From Deltaproteobacteria bacterium (GTDB lineage Bacteria > Desulfobacterota > GWC2-55-46), in NCBI GenBank assembly GCA_016234955.1, contig JACRNN010000077.1:1-41028 (forward strand): a DNA stretch of 41,028 nucleotides, in the 5' to 3' direction. This document shows positions 15,844 through 25,667 of the stretch, one piece after another (the first letter of the stretch is position 1; each line of letters opens with the position of its first letter). The notes under the pieces are model-generated. The model made no database searches, was not told the origin of the DNA, and saw only the letters and a list, made by a program, of their open reading frames with translations. Position numbers and translations under genes: made by a program.

Positions 15844-17048
15844 CTGAAGACCTCTTCAAAGACCTTCTCCACACCCTTTACGTACCGCTCTATGCCGAAG
15901 GATTCGACGACCCTCCGCCTCCCGGCCGAGCCGAAGGCCTTTATCTTATTGCCATGCCCGACGATCCCTTTGACGGCGTTTGCTATCGCTTTGCCTCCCC
16001 CGTCCTTTAAAAGAAGCCCGGTGACCCCGTCCGCTACAAGCTCGTTGGCCCCAACGATATCGAAGGCTATGACGGGTTTACTCGTCAGCATGGCTTCGAG
16101 TATCACCCTCGGGAGCCCCTCGGCCCTGGAGGCCGTTACGAATATGTCCATCGCGTTCATGTACGAAAGGGCGTCGGCTGAAAAGCCGGTGAAGATCACC
16201 CTGTCCCCTGCGCCGAGCCGTTCGGCCTCTTTCCTCAACCGCCCCTTCTCCGGGCCGTCACCGACGATAACGCAGTAGACCTCCCTGTCGCCCGTCTTTT
16301 TAAGGCGCGCAGTCGCCTCTATCAGGAGGTTGACCCTCTTTCTCTCCACGAGAGAGCCTACCGTGCCTATCAGGACGGAGTCCGCATGAAGCCCAAGCTC
16401 CCGGCGCACCAGTTCGGCCTTCCTTCCGGGCATGACAGACGGGTCTATGCCGTTATATACGACGACGCACTTATCCGCCCTGACGCCGCTCTCCACGAGC
16501 CCCCGCCTTACCCCCTCGGATACGCATATCACCCTCGATACCGATTCGTTTACCAGCCTGGCCTCCAGGGGCTTGAGCCTGACCTCTATCCTCGAGTGCT
16601 GCACGCACGGGACGCCGGTTGACGCGGCGGCCAGTATGCCCTCGAGGTTTGAAGAAGGCTGGTTGTTCAGGTACAGGAGGTCGAACCCGCCGTCCTTGAG
16701 CACCCAGGCTATTCTCTCGGAATCCGGGATGATCCTGCTGAAGCGGTCTATATTGAATACGTACTTTTTCCTGAGGACGCGGCTGAAGAAAAAGAGCGCC
16801 CTGCCCGCCTCTTTAAGCCCCTTGGCGTAGAGCTTGACCGGGCTTTTCTTCATATGGATGAACTCAACGCCGAGCCTCTCGATCTCGCTGCCGACGTCCG
16901 GGCCGTCGCCCATCCCGTAGTTTTCGTAAAAAAGGGCCGTAAAGGAGTACCTCTTCTTATCCGCCCTCTTGAGCAGTTCCATGAGGCTGTTTGTGCCGCC
17001 GCCCCACTCCTTGCCGGTATCGAGGACACATATCCGTTTTTTAGACAT
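15831..17048 (-). CDS. Glycosyltransferase family 4
   Basis: 405 aa with an N-terminal GGG motif (LDTGKEWGGGTNSL) and a C-terminal EGLPRVILEAMLTSKPVI. Confidence 0.85.
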   Translation of the reverse strand: MSKKRICVLDTGKEWGGGTNSLMELLKRADKKRYSFTALFYENYGMGDGPDVGSEIERLGVEFIHMKKSPVKLYAKGLKEAGRALFFFSRVLRKKYVFNIDRFSRIIPDSERIAWVLKDGGFDLLYLNNQPSSNLEGILAAASTGVPCVQHSRIEVRLKPLEARLVNESVSRVICVSEGVRRGLVESGVRADKCVVVYNGIDPSVMPGRKAELVRRELGLHADSVLIGTVGSLVERKRVNLLIEATARLKKTGDREVYCVIVGDGPEKGRLRKEAERLGAGDRVIFTGFSADALSYMNAMDIFVTASRAEGLPRVILEAMLTSKPVIAFDIVGANELVADGVTGLLLKDGGGKAIANAVKGIVGHGNKIKAFGSAGRRRVVESFGIERYVKGVEKVFEEVFSCST

Positions 17049-18156
17049 TTTCCCCTATGGCCCTAACCGCCGTACCAAGCACATATTCGGCCAGCCTGAC
17101 ATTGTTCAGGGAATCCCTGGCCAACTCATGGCCTCTTGTCGCGATAGCGGCGCTCAGGTCCGTGTTTTCGAGATAATACTCAAGCCGTTCTTCGATATTG
17201 CCGAGGTCGTTTCCCACGAACACGCAGTTGTGGCCGTCCTTAAGGTCAAAGGCGAGTTTTCTGGTGGGGCGCGCGACAAACAAAAGGCTGCCGCAGAGCA
17301 TCATCTCGTAGTGCTTGGGGCAGTCCCATCCCCTTCCCTCAAGGCTTATGCTTATCTTCGTGTTCTTCAGGATATCGAAGTACTCTTTTTTCCCGAACTT
17401 GCCGTTTTTCATCGTAGCCACCCTGTAGCTCTTCCCGATGCCCTCCAGTATCGGCAACATCCGCAGGCGGTTGTAGCTCATGTGGATGTTGCACAGGAAC
17501 GAGATGTCGACCTCGCGTTCCCGGTAAGGTCTGATCTCTTGCGTTCTAACGTAAGGTTCTATCGAGCCGGCGTCGTAGGATATCCACACCGGTTGTATCT
17601 TCGAGGCCAGCGCTATCTTCTGCTCCTTGTCGAGCGCAGACTCGAAAAGCCTGAAGCAGAAAAACTTGTCGAACGGAAGCTCCCTTTTGAAGTACGCGGC
17701 GCACCCCCAAAGGAGGTCCAGGTCCACCGGATAGATAAACGGGTCGTCGGTGTCGTCCACCACTATAAAGGGCGGCAGCTTCATCCCCTGCCTCAGCCAG
17801 TCCGAGACAAGGGTCCCTCCGAGCTTGCGCCTGTTCGACCTAAGCGAGAACTTGAACCTCCGTGCCGCCCAGGAAAGGTATCCGTGCTTTCCCCCGCTGT
17901 AATCGACATGGCAGACCGTAGTTATGATAAGGTCGTAGCGCTTTTTCCTCAGGTTGTCGGCTACGCTCCTGTATTCGGGGAAGGCGATATCGCGCCCCTC
18001 AAACCGCAGGGAGTACGCCCCCGTATGCCCGTAGCTCTCCGTAAGGATATTGGGGTAATGATCGACCTCGGCCCCGGCCCTCCCAAGTCCTAAAGTTAGC
18101 GTGTCAAACCCTACGTGAAAATCCCTCTTCGGGCTTCCTATGACAAGAACCCTCAT
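17041..18156 (-). CDS. Putative glycosyltransferase, CgeB/Glyco_trans_1_2-like C-terminal domain; N-terminal half uncharacterised
   Basis: The start was moved to the ATG at 18156 (MRVLVIGSPK...). The C-terminal pattern KHYEMMLCGSLLF...DGHNCVFV...IEERLEYYLEN...AIATRGHELA resembles CgeB-type domains; this comes from memory, not from a search. Confidence 0.45.
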   Translation of the reverse strand: MRVLVIGSPKRDFHVGFDTLTLGLGRAGAEVDHYPNILTESYGHTGAYSLRFEGRDIAFPEYRSVADNLRKKRYDLIITTVCHVDYSGGKHGYLSWAARRFKFSLRSNRRKLGGTLVSDWLRQGMKLPPFIVVDDTDDPFIYPVDLDLLWGCAAYFKRELPFDKFFCFRLFESALDKEQKIALASKIQPVWISYDAGSIEPYVRTQEIRPYREREVDISFLCNIHMSYNRLRMLPILEGIGKSYRVATMKNGKFGKKEYFDILKNTKISISLEGRGWDCPKHYEMMLCGSLLFVARPTRKLAFDLKDGHNCVFVGNDLGNIEERLEYYLENTDLSAAIATRGHELARDSLNNVRLAEYVLGTAVRAIGENV

Positions 18157-18191
18157 CGCAGCACCCCGTTGCTTACCGGACAACCTCCCTG

Positions 18192-19370
18192 TTACTTCGC
18201 CTTCGTCCCTTCCAGGGCGTTTTTGTATACGCCGTATATCTCCGCGGCGTTCTTGCGCGCGTCGAAGAGGGTCTCGGCGCGCCTCCTGCCTCTCTCTCCG
18301 AACTCCCTCACAAGCCCCCTGTCGTCCATCAGCGAGGCTATCCGTCCGGCGAGCTCGAAAAAATTCCCAGGGGTGAACGTCATCCCAGCGTCCCCTATCA
18401 CCTCCGGGATGGAGCCTGTGGCCGAGCCTATGACGCACCTGGCGCAGGCCATGGCCTCTACAAGCACCATGCCGAACTGCTCCTGCCACGTCATCGTCGG
18501 ATAGCTCGGCATGACGAACACGTCTGCGATATTATAGAGGCGACCGATCTTGTCGTACGGGATGAAGCCCGCGAAGCGGAAACGCTCGTTGACGCCTGCC
18601 TCGGCGATCAGCTTTTTAAGGTTTTCAAGCTGTGCGCCCCGGCCCGCCACCACTATGCGGAAGTCCCCGTAGCCCTTTGCCTCAAGCGCCCTGGCGACGT
18701 AGGCGAGCATGTGGACGCCCTTCCACGAGGTGAGCTTGCCGATATAGAGGATAATGAATTCGCCGGGCCGGATGCCTAATCCGTCCCGAAGCGAACTATC
18801 CGGAGGCTCCGGCCTGAAGAGGCTTAAATCAACGCCCGTATAGACGCGCGTAACCTTCTCAGGCGGTACCCCTTCGAGCAGAAGGACGTCTTTTATCGTA
18901 TCACACCAGGGTATGAAATGGTCTACCATTTCATAGGCGCTCTTCTTGATGTGGTTCGTCTTGTCGTCAAAGACCTGCCTGTACGGTATGTTCTCGGCGT
19001 AGCTGACGACGAGCTTGAAACCCTTGCGCCTCTTGAGCTCCGAGAGCGTATACAGCGACCTGCTCGAATCGTGGCATTCGACTATGTCGTAGCCTTGCAG
19101 ATACTTGTCGAGCGAGTTCAGGTAGAAGTGCATCTTCCTGTACGGGCTCCTGGGGGCCCTGCCGGAGAACGTCACGGCGTTATAGATGCCGAGCAGTATC
19201 TCCTCCCTATGGGTGAGGTCGTGTTTCCTGAGCCTCACGTCCCTGACGTCGAACTTGTTCCTCTCCCCCACGAATACGTTCATATCGACTCCCGGCAACT
19301 CCATGAGTGGCTCGAACATCTGGGACATCCACTTCGAGACCCCGTTCTCCCATACGATGCCTATCTTCAT
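18192..19370 (-). CDS. Glycosyltransferase family 4
   Basis: 392 aa with the C-terminal motif EQFGMVLVEAMACARCVIGSATGSIPEV. Confidence 0.85.
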   Translation of the reverse strand: MKIGIVWENGVSKWMSQMFEPLMELPGVDMNVFVGERNKFDVRDVRLRKHDLTHREEILLGIYNAVTFSGRAPRSPYRKMHFYLNSLDKYLQGYDIVECHDSSRSLYTLSELKRRKGFKLVVSYAENIPYRQVFDDKTNHIKKSAYEMVDHFIPWCDTIKDVLLLEGVPPEKVTRVYTGVDLSLFRPEPPDSSLRDGLGIRPGEFIILYIGKLTSWKGVHMLAYVARALEAKGYGDFRIVVAGRGAQLENLKKLIAEAGVNERFRFAGFIPYDKIGRLYNIADVFVMPSYPTMTWQEQFGMVLVEAMACARCVIGSATGSIPEVIGDAGMTFTPGNFFELAGRIASLMDDRGLVREFGERGRRRAETLFDARKNAAEIYGVYKNALEGTKAK

Positions 19371-20488
19371 CGGGCGGCCTCCAGGATGCGTCTTACCGCG
19401 GCCTCGACCTCATCAACGCTTATGGCCTCCATGCACTTCTGGTACCCGCACCTCTTGCTCAGGCACGGGTCGCACGTCCTCGGTTTCCGTATCACGATAT
19501 GGCGCTCCCTGTCATAGAGCGGGCCAGTCCTCTCCGGGTCGGCTACCGCGTAGAGCGCTACCACCGGCGTGTTGACGGCTATGGCCATGTGCATGGGGCC
19601 GGTATCCCCTGTGACAAGCGCCTTGAGCCTCCCTATCAGGGACGGGGTCTGCCGGAGCCTTAGCCTGCCCGCCGTTAGGAGCGCGCCCCTGCCTATGCCG
19701 TCGGCTATCCCCTTGCATAGCCGGGCCTCTCCGGGCGAGCCCGTGAGCACGACCTTGAGGCGCGGGGTTCTCTTTATCAGCCTCTTTCCAAGCTCCACGA
19801 ACCTGTCCGCGAACCACTGCCTGCTCACGGTCGATGCGCCGGCCTGGAAGCCCACGAGGACGTCCCCCCCGGCCACACCCTCCCCTGAGAGGAACGCGGA
19901 CACCGCTTCTTCATCGGCCTTGTCGCGGTTGACCTCCATCCTGAGGCCGTCCGGTACGCACCCCGCGAGGGCCGCCGCCTTGAGCCTGCCCTCTATGCCG
20001 TGGCCCATCTCCCCCCATCCGACTACAGGCGTACTGTTGGATAAGAGGAAGTTATAGGGGCCGTCGTTCGGGAGCTTGAAGATGAAGGGGGCGCCGGAGA
20101 GGTAGCACAGCGGCGTAGCCTGCGGCTCGTTGCCGTGGAATATGAGGGCGAGGTCGAAGGAGAAGGCGCGCAGCTCCTTTGCCGTCCTGAAGAAACGCCT
20201 GTAGCCGCCGTAATACGGCACGACCCCGTTGATATGCGGGTTGGACTCGAATAGCTCCATGTTGTCCCTGTTGAACATGGCCACGATCCGGGCGCGTGGG
20301 TACCTCTTCCTGACGGCCCGTATGGCGGGGGTAGAAAGGAGCGTATCGCCTATGGCGGTGGACGATACGATGAGGATATTCCTTACCGCGCCGGGGCTGA
20401 AGGCCTCCATGCCGGTCTTCCTCTTATCGAGCGCCTTCAGGGCCCTCATCCACAGATATAAGAATCCGTCTACAGGCCTAAGCCTCAT
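19367..20488 (-). CDS. Glycosyltransferase family 9 (heptosyltransferase paralogue)
   Basis: Signatures ILIVSSTAIGDTLLSTPAIRAV and TGDTGPMHMAIAVNTPVV, plus a C-terminal CDPC...C...C motif. The start is uncertain: internal Met residues at residues 14 and 27 are alternatives. Confidence 0.85.
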   Translation of the reverse strand: MRLRPVDGFLYLWMRALKALDKRKTGMEAFSPGAVRNILIVSSTAIGDTLLSTPAIRAVRKRYPRARIVAMFNRDNMELFESNPHINGVVPYYGGYRRFFRTAKELRAFSFDLALIFHGNEPQATPLCYLSGAPFIFKLPNDGPYNFLLSNSTPVVGWGEMGHGIEGRLKAAALAGCVPDGLRMEVNRDKADEEAVSAFLSGEGVAGGDVLVGFQAGASTVSRQWFADRFVELGKRLIKRTPRLKVVLTGSPGEARLCKGIADGIGRGALLTAGRLRLRQTPSLIGRLKALVTGDTGPMHMAIAVNTPVVALYAVADPERTGPLYDRERHIVIRKPRTCDPCLSKRCGYQKCMEAISVDEVEAAVRRILEAAR

Positions 20489-20498
20489 TGCAAACCGC

Positions 20499-20576
20499 CT
20501 TGAACATGCATGGCGAGCGGATAAAAATAGATACTCCCTTATATATCGAAGATTGAGCGCGGCTTTGGCCCGGGGG
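20499..20576. repeat. Family A interspersed repeat, copy 3 (internally deleted and degenerate)
   Basis: CTTGAACATGCATGGCGAGCGG...ATAGATA...TCGAAGATT...GCGCGGCTTTGGCC aligns with copy 1 in the same orientation. It lacks about 35 bp, including the first hairpin. Confidence 0.6.
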
Positions 20577-20608
20577 AGTAGAAACGCGGGGCGCGCCCTG
20601 ACACGGCC

Positions 20609-21424
20609 CTATCTCTTCCCGCTCACCCTCAGGTAAAGGGCCGACATGAGCGGGCTTGTGTATATCCTCAGCCTCGATTTGAACCAGTTGACGCCGTCCT
20701 TGACCGGTATCCTCTTTATTGAAAAGGAGTCGTCCCCCTTTTGCGCCACCCCCGGCGCGGTCGTGAATATCCCCGCGTACCCTGCGGCCTTGGCGGCCTC
20801 TATGGACTCCCCGGTGTGCTTGCCCTTGGGCCAGCAGAGGTATCTGCACGCGGCATTCAACCTTTTCTCAAGGGCCCGCCTCGAGCCCGCGAGCTCCTCC
20901 GCGAGCCCTTCGGCGGAGAGCCGGTCGCACCTCTCATGCGTAATCGTATGGGAGTAAAATTCGACAAGGCCGCTCCCCCTCATCTCCTCTATCATCTCCC
21001 AGTCCATGACGGCCCCCCGGCAGTCGCCCTTTTCTATCATCGCCTTGGCCTCTGCGTGCGTTGGGGGCCTTCTCCTGAATTCTTCTATCAGCGAGCCCCT
21101 GCCCCGCGCGCCGTTTTCCTTCGTAGCCCGATCGGCCCACGCCGTCACCGTAAAGACCGTGGCCTTCACGCCGTGGGCCTTCAATACCGGGAAGGCGTAG
21201 ACGTAGTTGTCGAGATAACCGTCGTCGAACGTGACTGCCACGGCCCTGCCGTCGATCTCATCCTTGCCGCTCATGAACCCCACAAGCTCCGCCACGGAGA
21301 GGCTCCTGTAGCCGGCCTCCTTTAAGTGGCGCATCTGCGCCTCAAAGACCTCCGGCGTGACCGTTATCATGTCTCCCCTGTTGGGGTTTATGTGGTGGTA
21401 CATGAGTACCGGCACAGTCGACAT
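20609..21424 (-). CDS. Polysaccharide deacetylase family protein (CE4/NodB homology domain)
   Basis: 271 aa with motifs VLMYHHI, VAVTFDDGYLDNY and SHTITH. Confidence 0.85.
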   Translation of the reverse strand: MSTVPVLMYHHINPNRGDMITVTPEVFEAQMRHLKEAGYRSLSVAELVGFMSGKDEIDGRAVAVTFDDGYLDNYVYAFPVLKAHGVKATVFTVTAWADRATKENGARGRGSLIEEFRRRPPTHAEAKAMIEKGDCRGAVMDWEMIEEMRGSGLVEFYSHTITHERCDRLSAEGLAEELAGSRRALEKRLNAACRYLCWPKGKHTGESIEAAKAAGYAGIFTTAPGVAQKGDDSFSIKRIPVKDGVNWFKSRLRIYTSPLMSALYLRVSGKR

Positions 21425-21524
21425 ATCTTATTACCGGGAGTCGGCCGCCGGAAAATCCCGGCGGAATGTTCATAGCTTGGAAAGCAAGCTTTCGAGAAAT
21501 TATACCCGAAAAAAACATTAAAAC

Positions 21525-22622
21525 CTATCGCTTCCGTTCCCGCGCCAATGCGGTATAAAGCTCGAACATGCGCTCGGCCATCCTGTCCGTTGAATACTCC
21601 CTCTCCACCATCTCCCTGCCGCGCTCTCCCATGCCTGTCCTTAATCCCGCGTCCTTAAGGAGCCGTATCATGGCCGCGGCGAGCGACGTAGCGTCCTCGG
21701 GCGGGACAAGGACGCCGGTGACGCCGTCGGCGACCGCCTCAGGCACCCCCCCCACGCGCGTGGCCACGACAGCCCTGCGCATGGCTGAGGCCTCGAGGAT
21801 GGAGGTCCCGAGCGCCTCCTGCAGGGTGGGCAGGACAAAGAGGTCGAGACCCTTCAATATCGCGGGCACGTCGGTCCTTAGCCCCAGGAGCCTGACGCTT
21901 TGCGTCAAGCCGAGGGCGTTTATCCTGTCTTCGATATTGCCCCTCTGCGGGCCGTCTCCGGCGAATACGAAGACCGCGCCGGGCGCTTCCCTCAGCACCT
22001 CCGGGATGGCGTCGAGCAACACGTGGTGGCCTTTTTTTCTCCTGAGTATGGCTACCGTTCCCACGACCAGGGCATCCTCGTCAAGCTCGAGCTCGCGCCT
22101 GAGCGTATCGGGGGCGGCGTCCGGGTCGAACCTCTTGAGGTCTATGCCCGTCGGGACAGTTACCACCCTGCCGGAGGGTATCCCCTTGTCAACGATTAGG
22201 TGAGCGCGCACGGACTCGCTCACGGTCACCACCATGTGCGGGAGCATCGAATACGTCAACCTCGACGTGATGGGCAGGGCCAGGTGCCTTGTCCTCACTA
22301 TCACGGGCTTTACGCTTGAGAACCTGCCTGCAAGGGCGCATATGAGGCTGTCCACCCCGCTGTGCGTGCTTACGACGTCGACCCTCTCGTCCCTGATTAT
22401 CCCGACGGCGCGCCTTATGGCCGAGATATCGCGGTTCGACCTCATGGGGTGGACGATCACCTCTATGCCTGCCTCTGCGGCCCTCTGCCCGAGGACGCTG
22501 TCGGGCTTGCAGAATACTATAACGCGCGCGCCGAGCCTTTTCAGGCCCAAGCACTCATGCAGCGTTCTGTTCTCCTGGCCGCCCCAGCCAAGCGACGACT
22601 CTGAATGCATGATCGTGAGCAT
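21525..22622 (-). CDS. Glycosyltransferase family 4
   Basis: 365 aa with the N-terminal SLGWGGQE and the C-terminal EALGTSILEASAMRRAVVATRVGGVPE. Confidence 0.85.
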   Translation of the reverse strand: MLTIMHSESSLGWGGQENRTLHECLGLKRLGARVIVFCKPDSVLGQRAAEAGIEVIVHPMRSNRDISAIRRAVGIIRDERVDVVSTHSGVDSLICALAGRFSSVKPVIVRTRHLALPITSRLTYSMLPHMVVTVSESVRAHLIVDKGIPSGRVVTVPTGIDLKRFDPDAAPDTLRRELELDEDALVVGTVAILRRKKGHHVLLDAIPEVLREAPGAVFVFAGDGPQRGNIEDRINALGLTQSVRLLGLRTDVPAILKGLDLFVLPTLQEALGTSILEASAMRRAVVATRVGGVPEAVADGVTGVLVPPEDATSLAAAMIRLLKDAGLRTGMGERGREMVEREYSTDRMAERMFELYTALARERKR

Positions 22623-22629
22623 ACGGGGA

Positions 22630-23310
22630 TTAAGCCCTGAGGCCTATATGGATTATAAGGTGGTCGCCGAGGAGCGCCTCCCTGGAAGAGAGGCGCCTTA
22701 ATAATTCGGCCTTTTCCGCGCGCTTCTCGAAAAGGAGCCCCAGAGAGTAGAGCGCCTTTAAAAAAGGGTATAAAGGGAGATTAGAGGGCTTCATCCTTGA
22801 CGCGTTAATCGACTTGAGCTCGAACTTGTTCCTCTTCGCCAACTCTAATATCTCAACGAACGAAATCGGGTTGTAGGCTATGGAGTCCCATTCCTTGCCG
22901 GCGTCTATTGTCCTTATCGGCTTGAAGCTCGGGTAGTACCCCCTGTGCAGGAAGTAGAGCCTCGAACTCGCGTTAAGGAGGTTTGGTATGCTCACTATCG
23001 CGCTCCCTCCACCTCTAAGCACCCTCTGGAATTCCCTGAACAGGCCCGCGTGGTTCTCCAGGTACTGCAGGGATTCGCTGCATAGCACGTAATCGAAGAC
23101 CTTGTCAACGAAGGGCAGGTTCCCGTTCATGTCCGCCCTTACGAACCTCTCCTTCAGGTACGGGCGCGCGTAGAGGTCGAGGGAGAATACGTCAAACCCC
23201 CTCTCCTTCAAAACACGCCCTAACGCGTCCCCGCCGGAACCGGCGTCAAGGAGCCTGCCGGGCCTGAGGCCCTTGAAAAAATCGAGCACCGCGAGTTGAT
23301 GTTTTTTCAC
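22630..23310 (-). CDS. Class I SAM-dependent methyltransferase
   Basis: 226 aa with a GTG start. Motif I is LLDAGSGGDALG, with the acidic residue at SLDL. The post-I and motif II regions fit Methyltransf_11-type enzymes. Confidence 0.75.
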   Translation of the reverse strand: MKKHQLAVLDFFKGLRPGRLLDAGSGGDALGRVLKERGFDVFSLDLYARPYLKERFVRADMNGNLPFVDKVFDYVLCSESLQYLENHAGLFREFQRVLRGGGSAIVSIPNLLNASSRLYFLHRGYYPSFKPIRTIDAGKEWDSIAYNPISFVEILELAKRNKFELKSINASRMKPSNLPLYPFLKALYSLGLLFEKRAEKAELLRRLSSREALLGDHLIIHIGLRA

Positions 23311-23364
23311 CTGTTGACCCGGCCCCGGAAAAAGCTACGCCTTAAGCGACGGGGCTTATAAGAG

Positions 23365-24489
23365 CTATATTATTTTTAAGAACGCCCCGAAGACCTCTTC
23401 CGGGGTTAGCGCGTCGAGGCAGTCGCTCTTCTTGCTCCCGTTGCATCCGTCCTTGCCGCACGGGACGCAATCCCAGTCCTTCTGTATGACGGTATTCCCG
23501 CCGAAGGTCTGGACCCCGTTCTGCTCAGGGTATGGGGAGGTGGGGGCGTCTGTCAAGCCGTAGCCGGCCGCGGCCCGGTTGTCCCACGGCCCCCAATCAA
23601 ACGCCCCGCTCGGCCCGAAGACGGACACCACCCTCGCCCCGGACGCCGCCGCGATGTGCATGGGGGCCGAATCGACCCCGAAGAAGAACGCGGAACGCCT
23701 CGAAAGGACAGCAAGGTGCTTCAGCTTGAGCCTGCCGGAGAGGTCTACCGGCGGCGTCTTCATCAGCCCGGCGATAGTGCGCGCCTTCTTCAACTCCCTC
23801 TCCTGCGGCCCGGACGTAATCACCGCCCGCAGGCCCCTTGACTGCAGCCAGTCGAGGGAGGCCGCCATGTAGTCGTCCCTCCAGCATTTAAAGAGCCATC
23901 TCGACGTCGGATGGACGTGCACGAAGGGCTCCCCGTCCTTGATGCGCTCCCTCAGGAGCGCATCCATGAAGGCGTCGTCCTCCGGGGACGTGAAGATATC
24001 GATCGTCAGGTCCTTTGTGCCTATGCCGAAATATTTTACCACGCCTAAATCCCTCAATACCGTATGGGTGCGGGTCTGGAGCCTCTTGGCGAGGTGCGTA
24101 TATAGATACCTCTTGCCCGCGAAGCCGCCAGATGGCTCGTAACCGAGCCTGTAGCGCGCGCCGGAGAGGTAGCCTATGAGCGCGGGCCTGTCCCCGCCGG
24201 TGAGGTCGACCGCCATGTCAAAGCCCCTGTCCCGGAGCCCCTTCACGAACCTCGACTCCGAGCTTATGCGCTTGAGTACCGGCAGGTCCTTGACCGACCT
24301 CTGGAAGCCTATGACGGAATCGAGGAGCGGATTGAGCGTCAGCATCTCCTCGGTGCCGGAGTTGACGAGGGCGGAGACCCTCGATCCTTTAAAACTCTCT
24401 TTAAGCGCCCTTATGGCGGGCACGGTCAAAAGCACATCGCCTATATGCCTGAGCTTTATGACGAGTATGTTATTTACGCCGTCGAACAA
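23365..24489 (-). CDS. Glycosyltransferase family 9 (heptosyltransferase paralogue)
   Basis: 374 aa with a TTG start. Signatures ILVIKLRHIGDVLLTVPAIRAL and GVDSAPMHIAAASGARVV, plus a C-terminal CVPC...C...C motif. Confidence 0.85.
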   Translation of the reverse strand: MFDGVNNILVIKLRHIGDVLLTVPAIRALKESFKGSRVSALVNSGTEEMLTLNPLLDSVIGFQRSVKDLPVLKRISSESRFVKGLRDRGFDMAVDLTGGDRPALIGYLSGARYRLGYEPSGGFAGKRYLYTHLAKRLQTRTHTVLRDLGVVKYFGIGTKDLTIDIFTSPEDDAFMDALLRERIKDGEPFVHVHPTSRWLFKCWRDDYMAASLDWLQSRGLRAVITSGPQERELKKARTIAGLMKTPPVDLSGRLKLKHLAVLSRRSAFFFGVDSAPMHIAAASGARVVSVFGPSGAFDWGPWDNRAAAGYGLTDAPTSPYPEQNGVQTFGGNTVIQKDWDCVPCGKDGCNGSKKSDCLDALTPEEVFGAFLKII

Positions 24490-24587
24490 ATCAGGCGAGA
24501 CCTCCGCTGGGAAAAAACATGTTTGAGGCCCTCCTCAGGCCTGGCCCTCCCCGCGCGCCGAAGCCGCTTGCGGACAGGCCCGGCCGG

Positions 24588-25331
24588 TCAAGGGCCGCTT
24601 TTTTCCCTGAGCTTGGCGTACTTCGCCAGCGTGTAGGAGGCGTAGAGCATCGAGAGCATTACTCCGTCGGCCCCGTGAAGGAACCCCCTCTTGAGCACGA
24701 ACATCTTGAAGAACGTGAACGCCGGGCGGAAGAAGAGGTCGAGGGCCCCGGCGCGTCTGCCCCTGCCGCGCATCTCCTCGGCGGCGAGCGTGGAGTAGCG
24801 CTCCATCCTGGTCAGATAGTCGGAGACGTCCCTGTACGTGAAGTGCTCAAGTGGGGTTTTAAGGCGTCCGGCGGCCCCGTCCACCTTTACCGATTCGTGC
24901 ACCGCCCTCTCGGTGAAGCGGCCCCTGTCCTTCCTGTAGAGCCTCAGGTTGTAATCCGGGTACCACCCGCAGTGCCTTATCCACTTCCTGCCGAAAAAAT
25001 TCTTCCTCGGCACGTAGTACCCGGCCTTGCCGCCCCCCTCCACGGCCTTCAATAGCTCTTCCTTGAGCGCGGGCGTCACCCTCTCATCCGCGTCCACGTT
25101 GAGTATCCATCCGTTGACGGCCCTGTCGCCCAGCAGGTTTTTCTGGGCCCCGAATCCCCTCCACGCGTCGTTAAAGACCTTTGCGCCGTACCTGCCGCAT
25201 ATCTCCACGGTCTTATCCGTACTCCCGGAGTCGGACACCAATATCTCATCGGCCCATTTGACGCTCTCAAGGCACTCCCCGATGTCCTTTTCCTCGTTCA
25301 GGGCTATTATGGTGACGGATATCTTTTCCAT
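24588..25331 (-). CDS. Glycosyltransferase family 2, WaaE/KdtX-like LPS core glycosyltransferase
   Basis: 247 aa. ISVTIIALNEEKDIGECLESVKWADEILVSDSGSTDKT, followed by the DADE motif (NVDADERV). Confidence 0.75.
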   Translation of the reverse strand: MEKISVTIIALNEEKDIGECLESVKWADEILVSDSGSTDKTVEICGRYGAKVFNDAWRGFGAQKNLLGDRAVNGWILNVDADERVTPALKEELLKAVEGGGKAGYYVPRKNFFGRKWIRHCGWYPDYNLRLYRKDRGRFTERAVHESVKVDGAAGRLKTPLEHFTYRDVSDYLTRMERYSTLAAEEMRGRGRRAGALDLFFRPAFTFFKMFVLKRGFLHGADGVMLSMLYASYTLAKYAKLREKSGP

Positions 25332-25365
25332 CTGCGCTCTTCTGTCAGGCCCTTTTCAGCCCCAT

Positions 25366-25393
25366 GCAAATAAGGCCGCGCCAGGGCGCGGCC
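25366..25393 (-). terminator. Candidate intrinsic terminator or attenuator after the Trm112 gene
   Basis: A perfect 8-bp GC stem, GGCCGCGC-CAGG-GCGCGGCC (25374-25393), starts 6 nt after the stop. On the transcribed strand it is followed by TTATTTG, so the U-tract is weak. Confidence 0.4.
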
Positions 25394-25399
25394 CGCGTC

Positions 25400-25570
25400 C
25401 TACTTGAGGGGGCGCGCCTCTTCGGCGAGCATCACCGGGATATCGTCTTTTATAGGGTATACAAGCCTGCACCTCTCGCAGACAAGGCCGTCCTTCTTAT
25501 CATTGAGCCTTATCTTGCCCTTGCACTTGGGACACGCGAGTATGTCCATGAGCTCTTTGTCGATAGCCAT
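25400..25570 (-). CDS. Trm112 family protein (YcaR/UPF0434)
   Basis: 56 aa counted from the ATG at 25570, which has a GGAGG RBS. It has the zinc-ribbon pattern LACPKCKG...LVCERCRLVYPIKDDIPVML. Confidence 0.85.
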   Translation of the reverse strand: MAIDKELMDILACPKCKGKIRLNDKKDGLVCERCRLVYPIKDDIPVMLAEEARPLK

Positions 25571-25667
25571 CGAAAAACCTCCGGGTTCTTGGGATCGGTA
25601 TGCGGTATTTTTCAGCGATCCTGCGGTTTCAATATCCCCTTCGGATACGGTACCGGCGGCCTCCACG

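Noticed and set aside
18157-18489. A 111-codon N-terminal extension of the ORF 17041-18489.
   Set aside because: The extension overlaps the 3' end of the GT4 gene (18192-19370) and is Arg/Gly-rich. The ATG at 18156 gives the typical MRVLVIG N-terminus.
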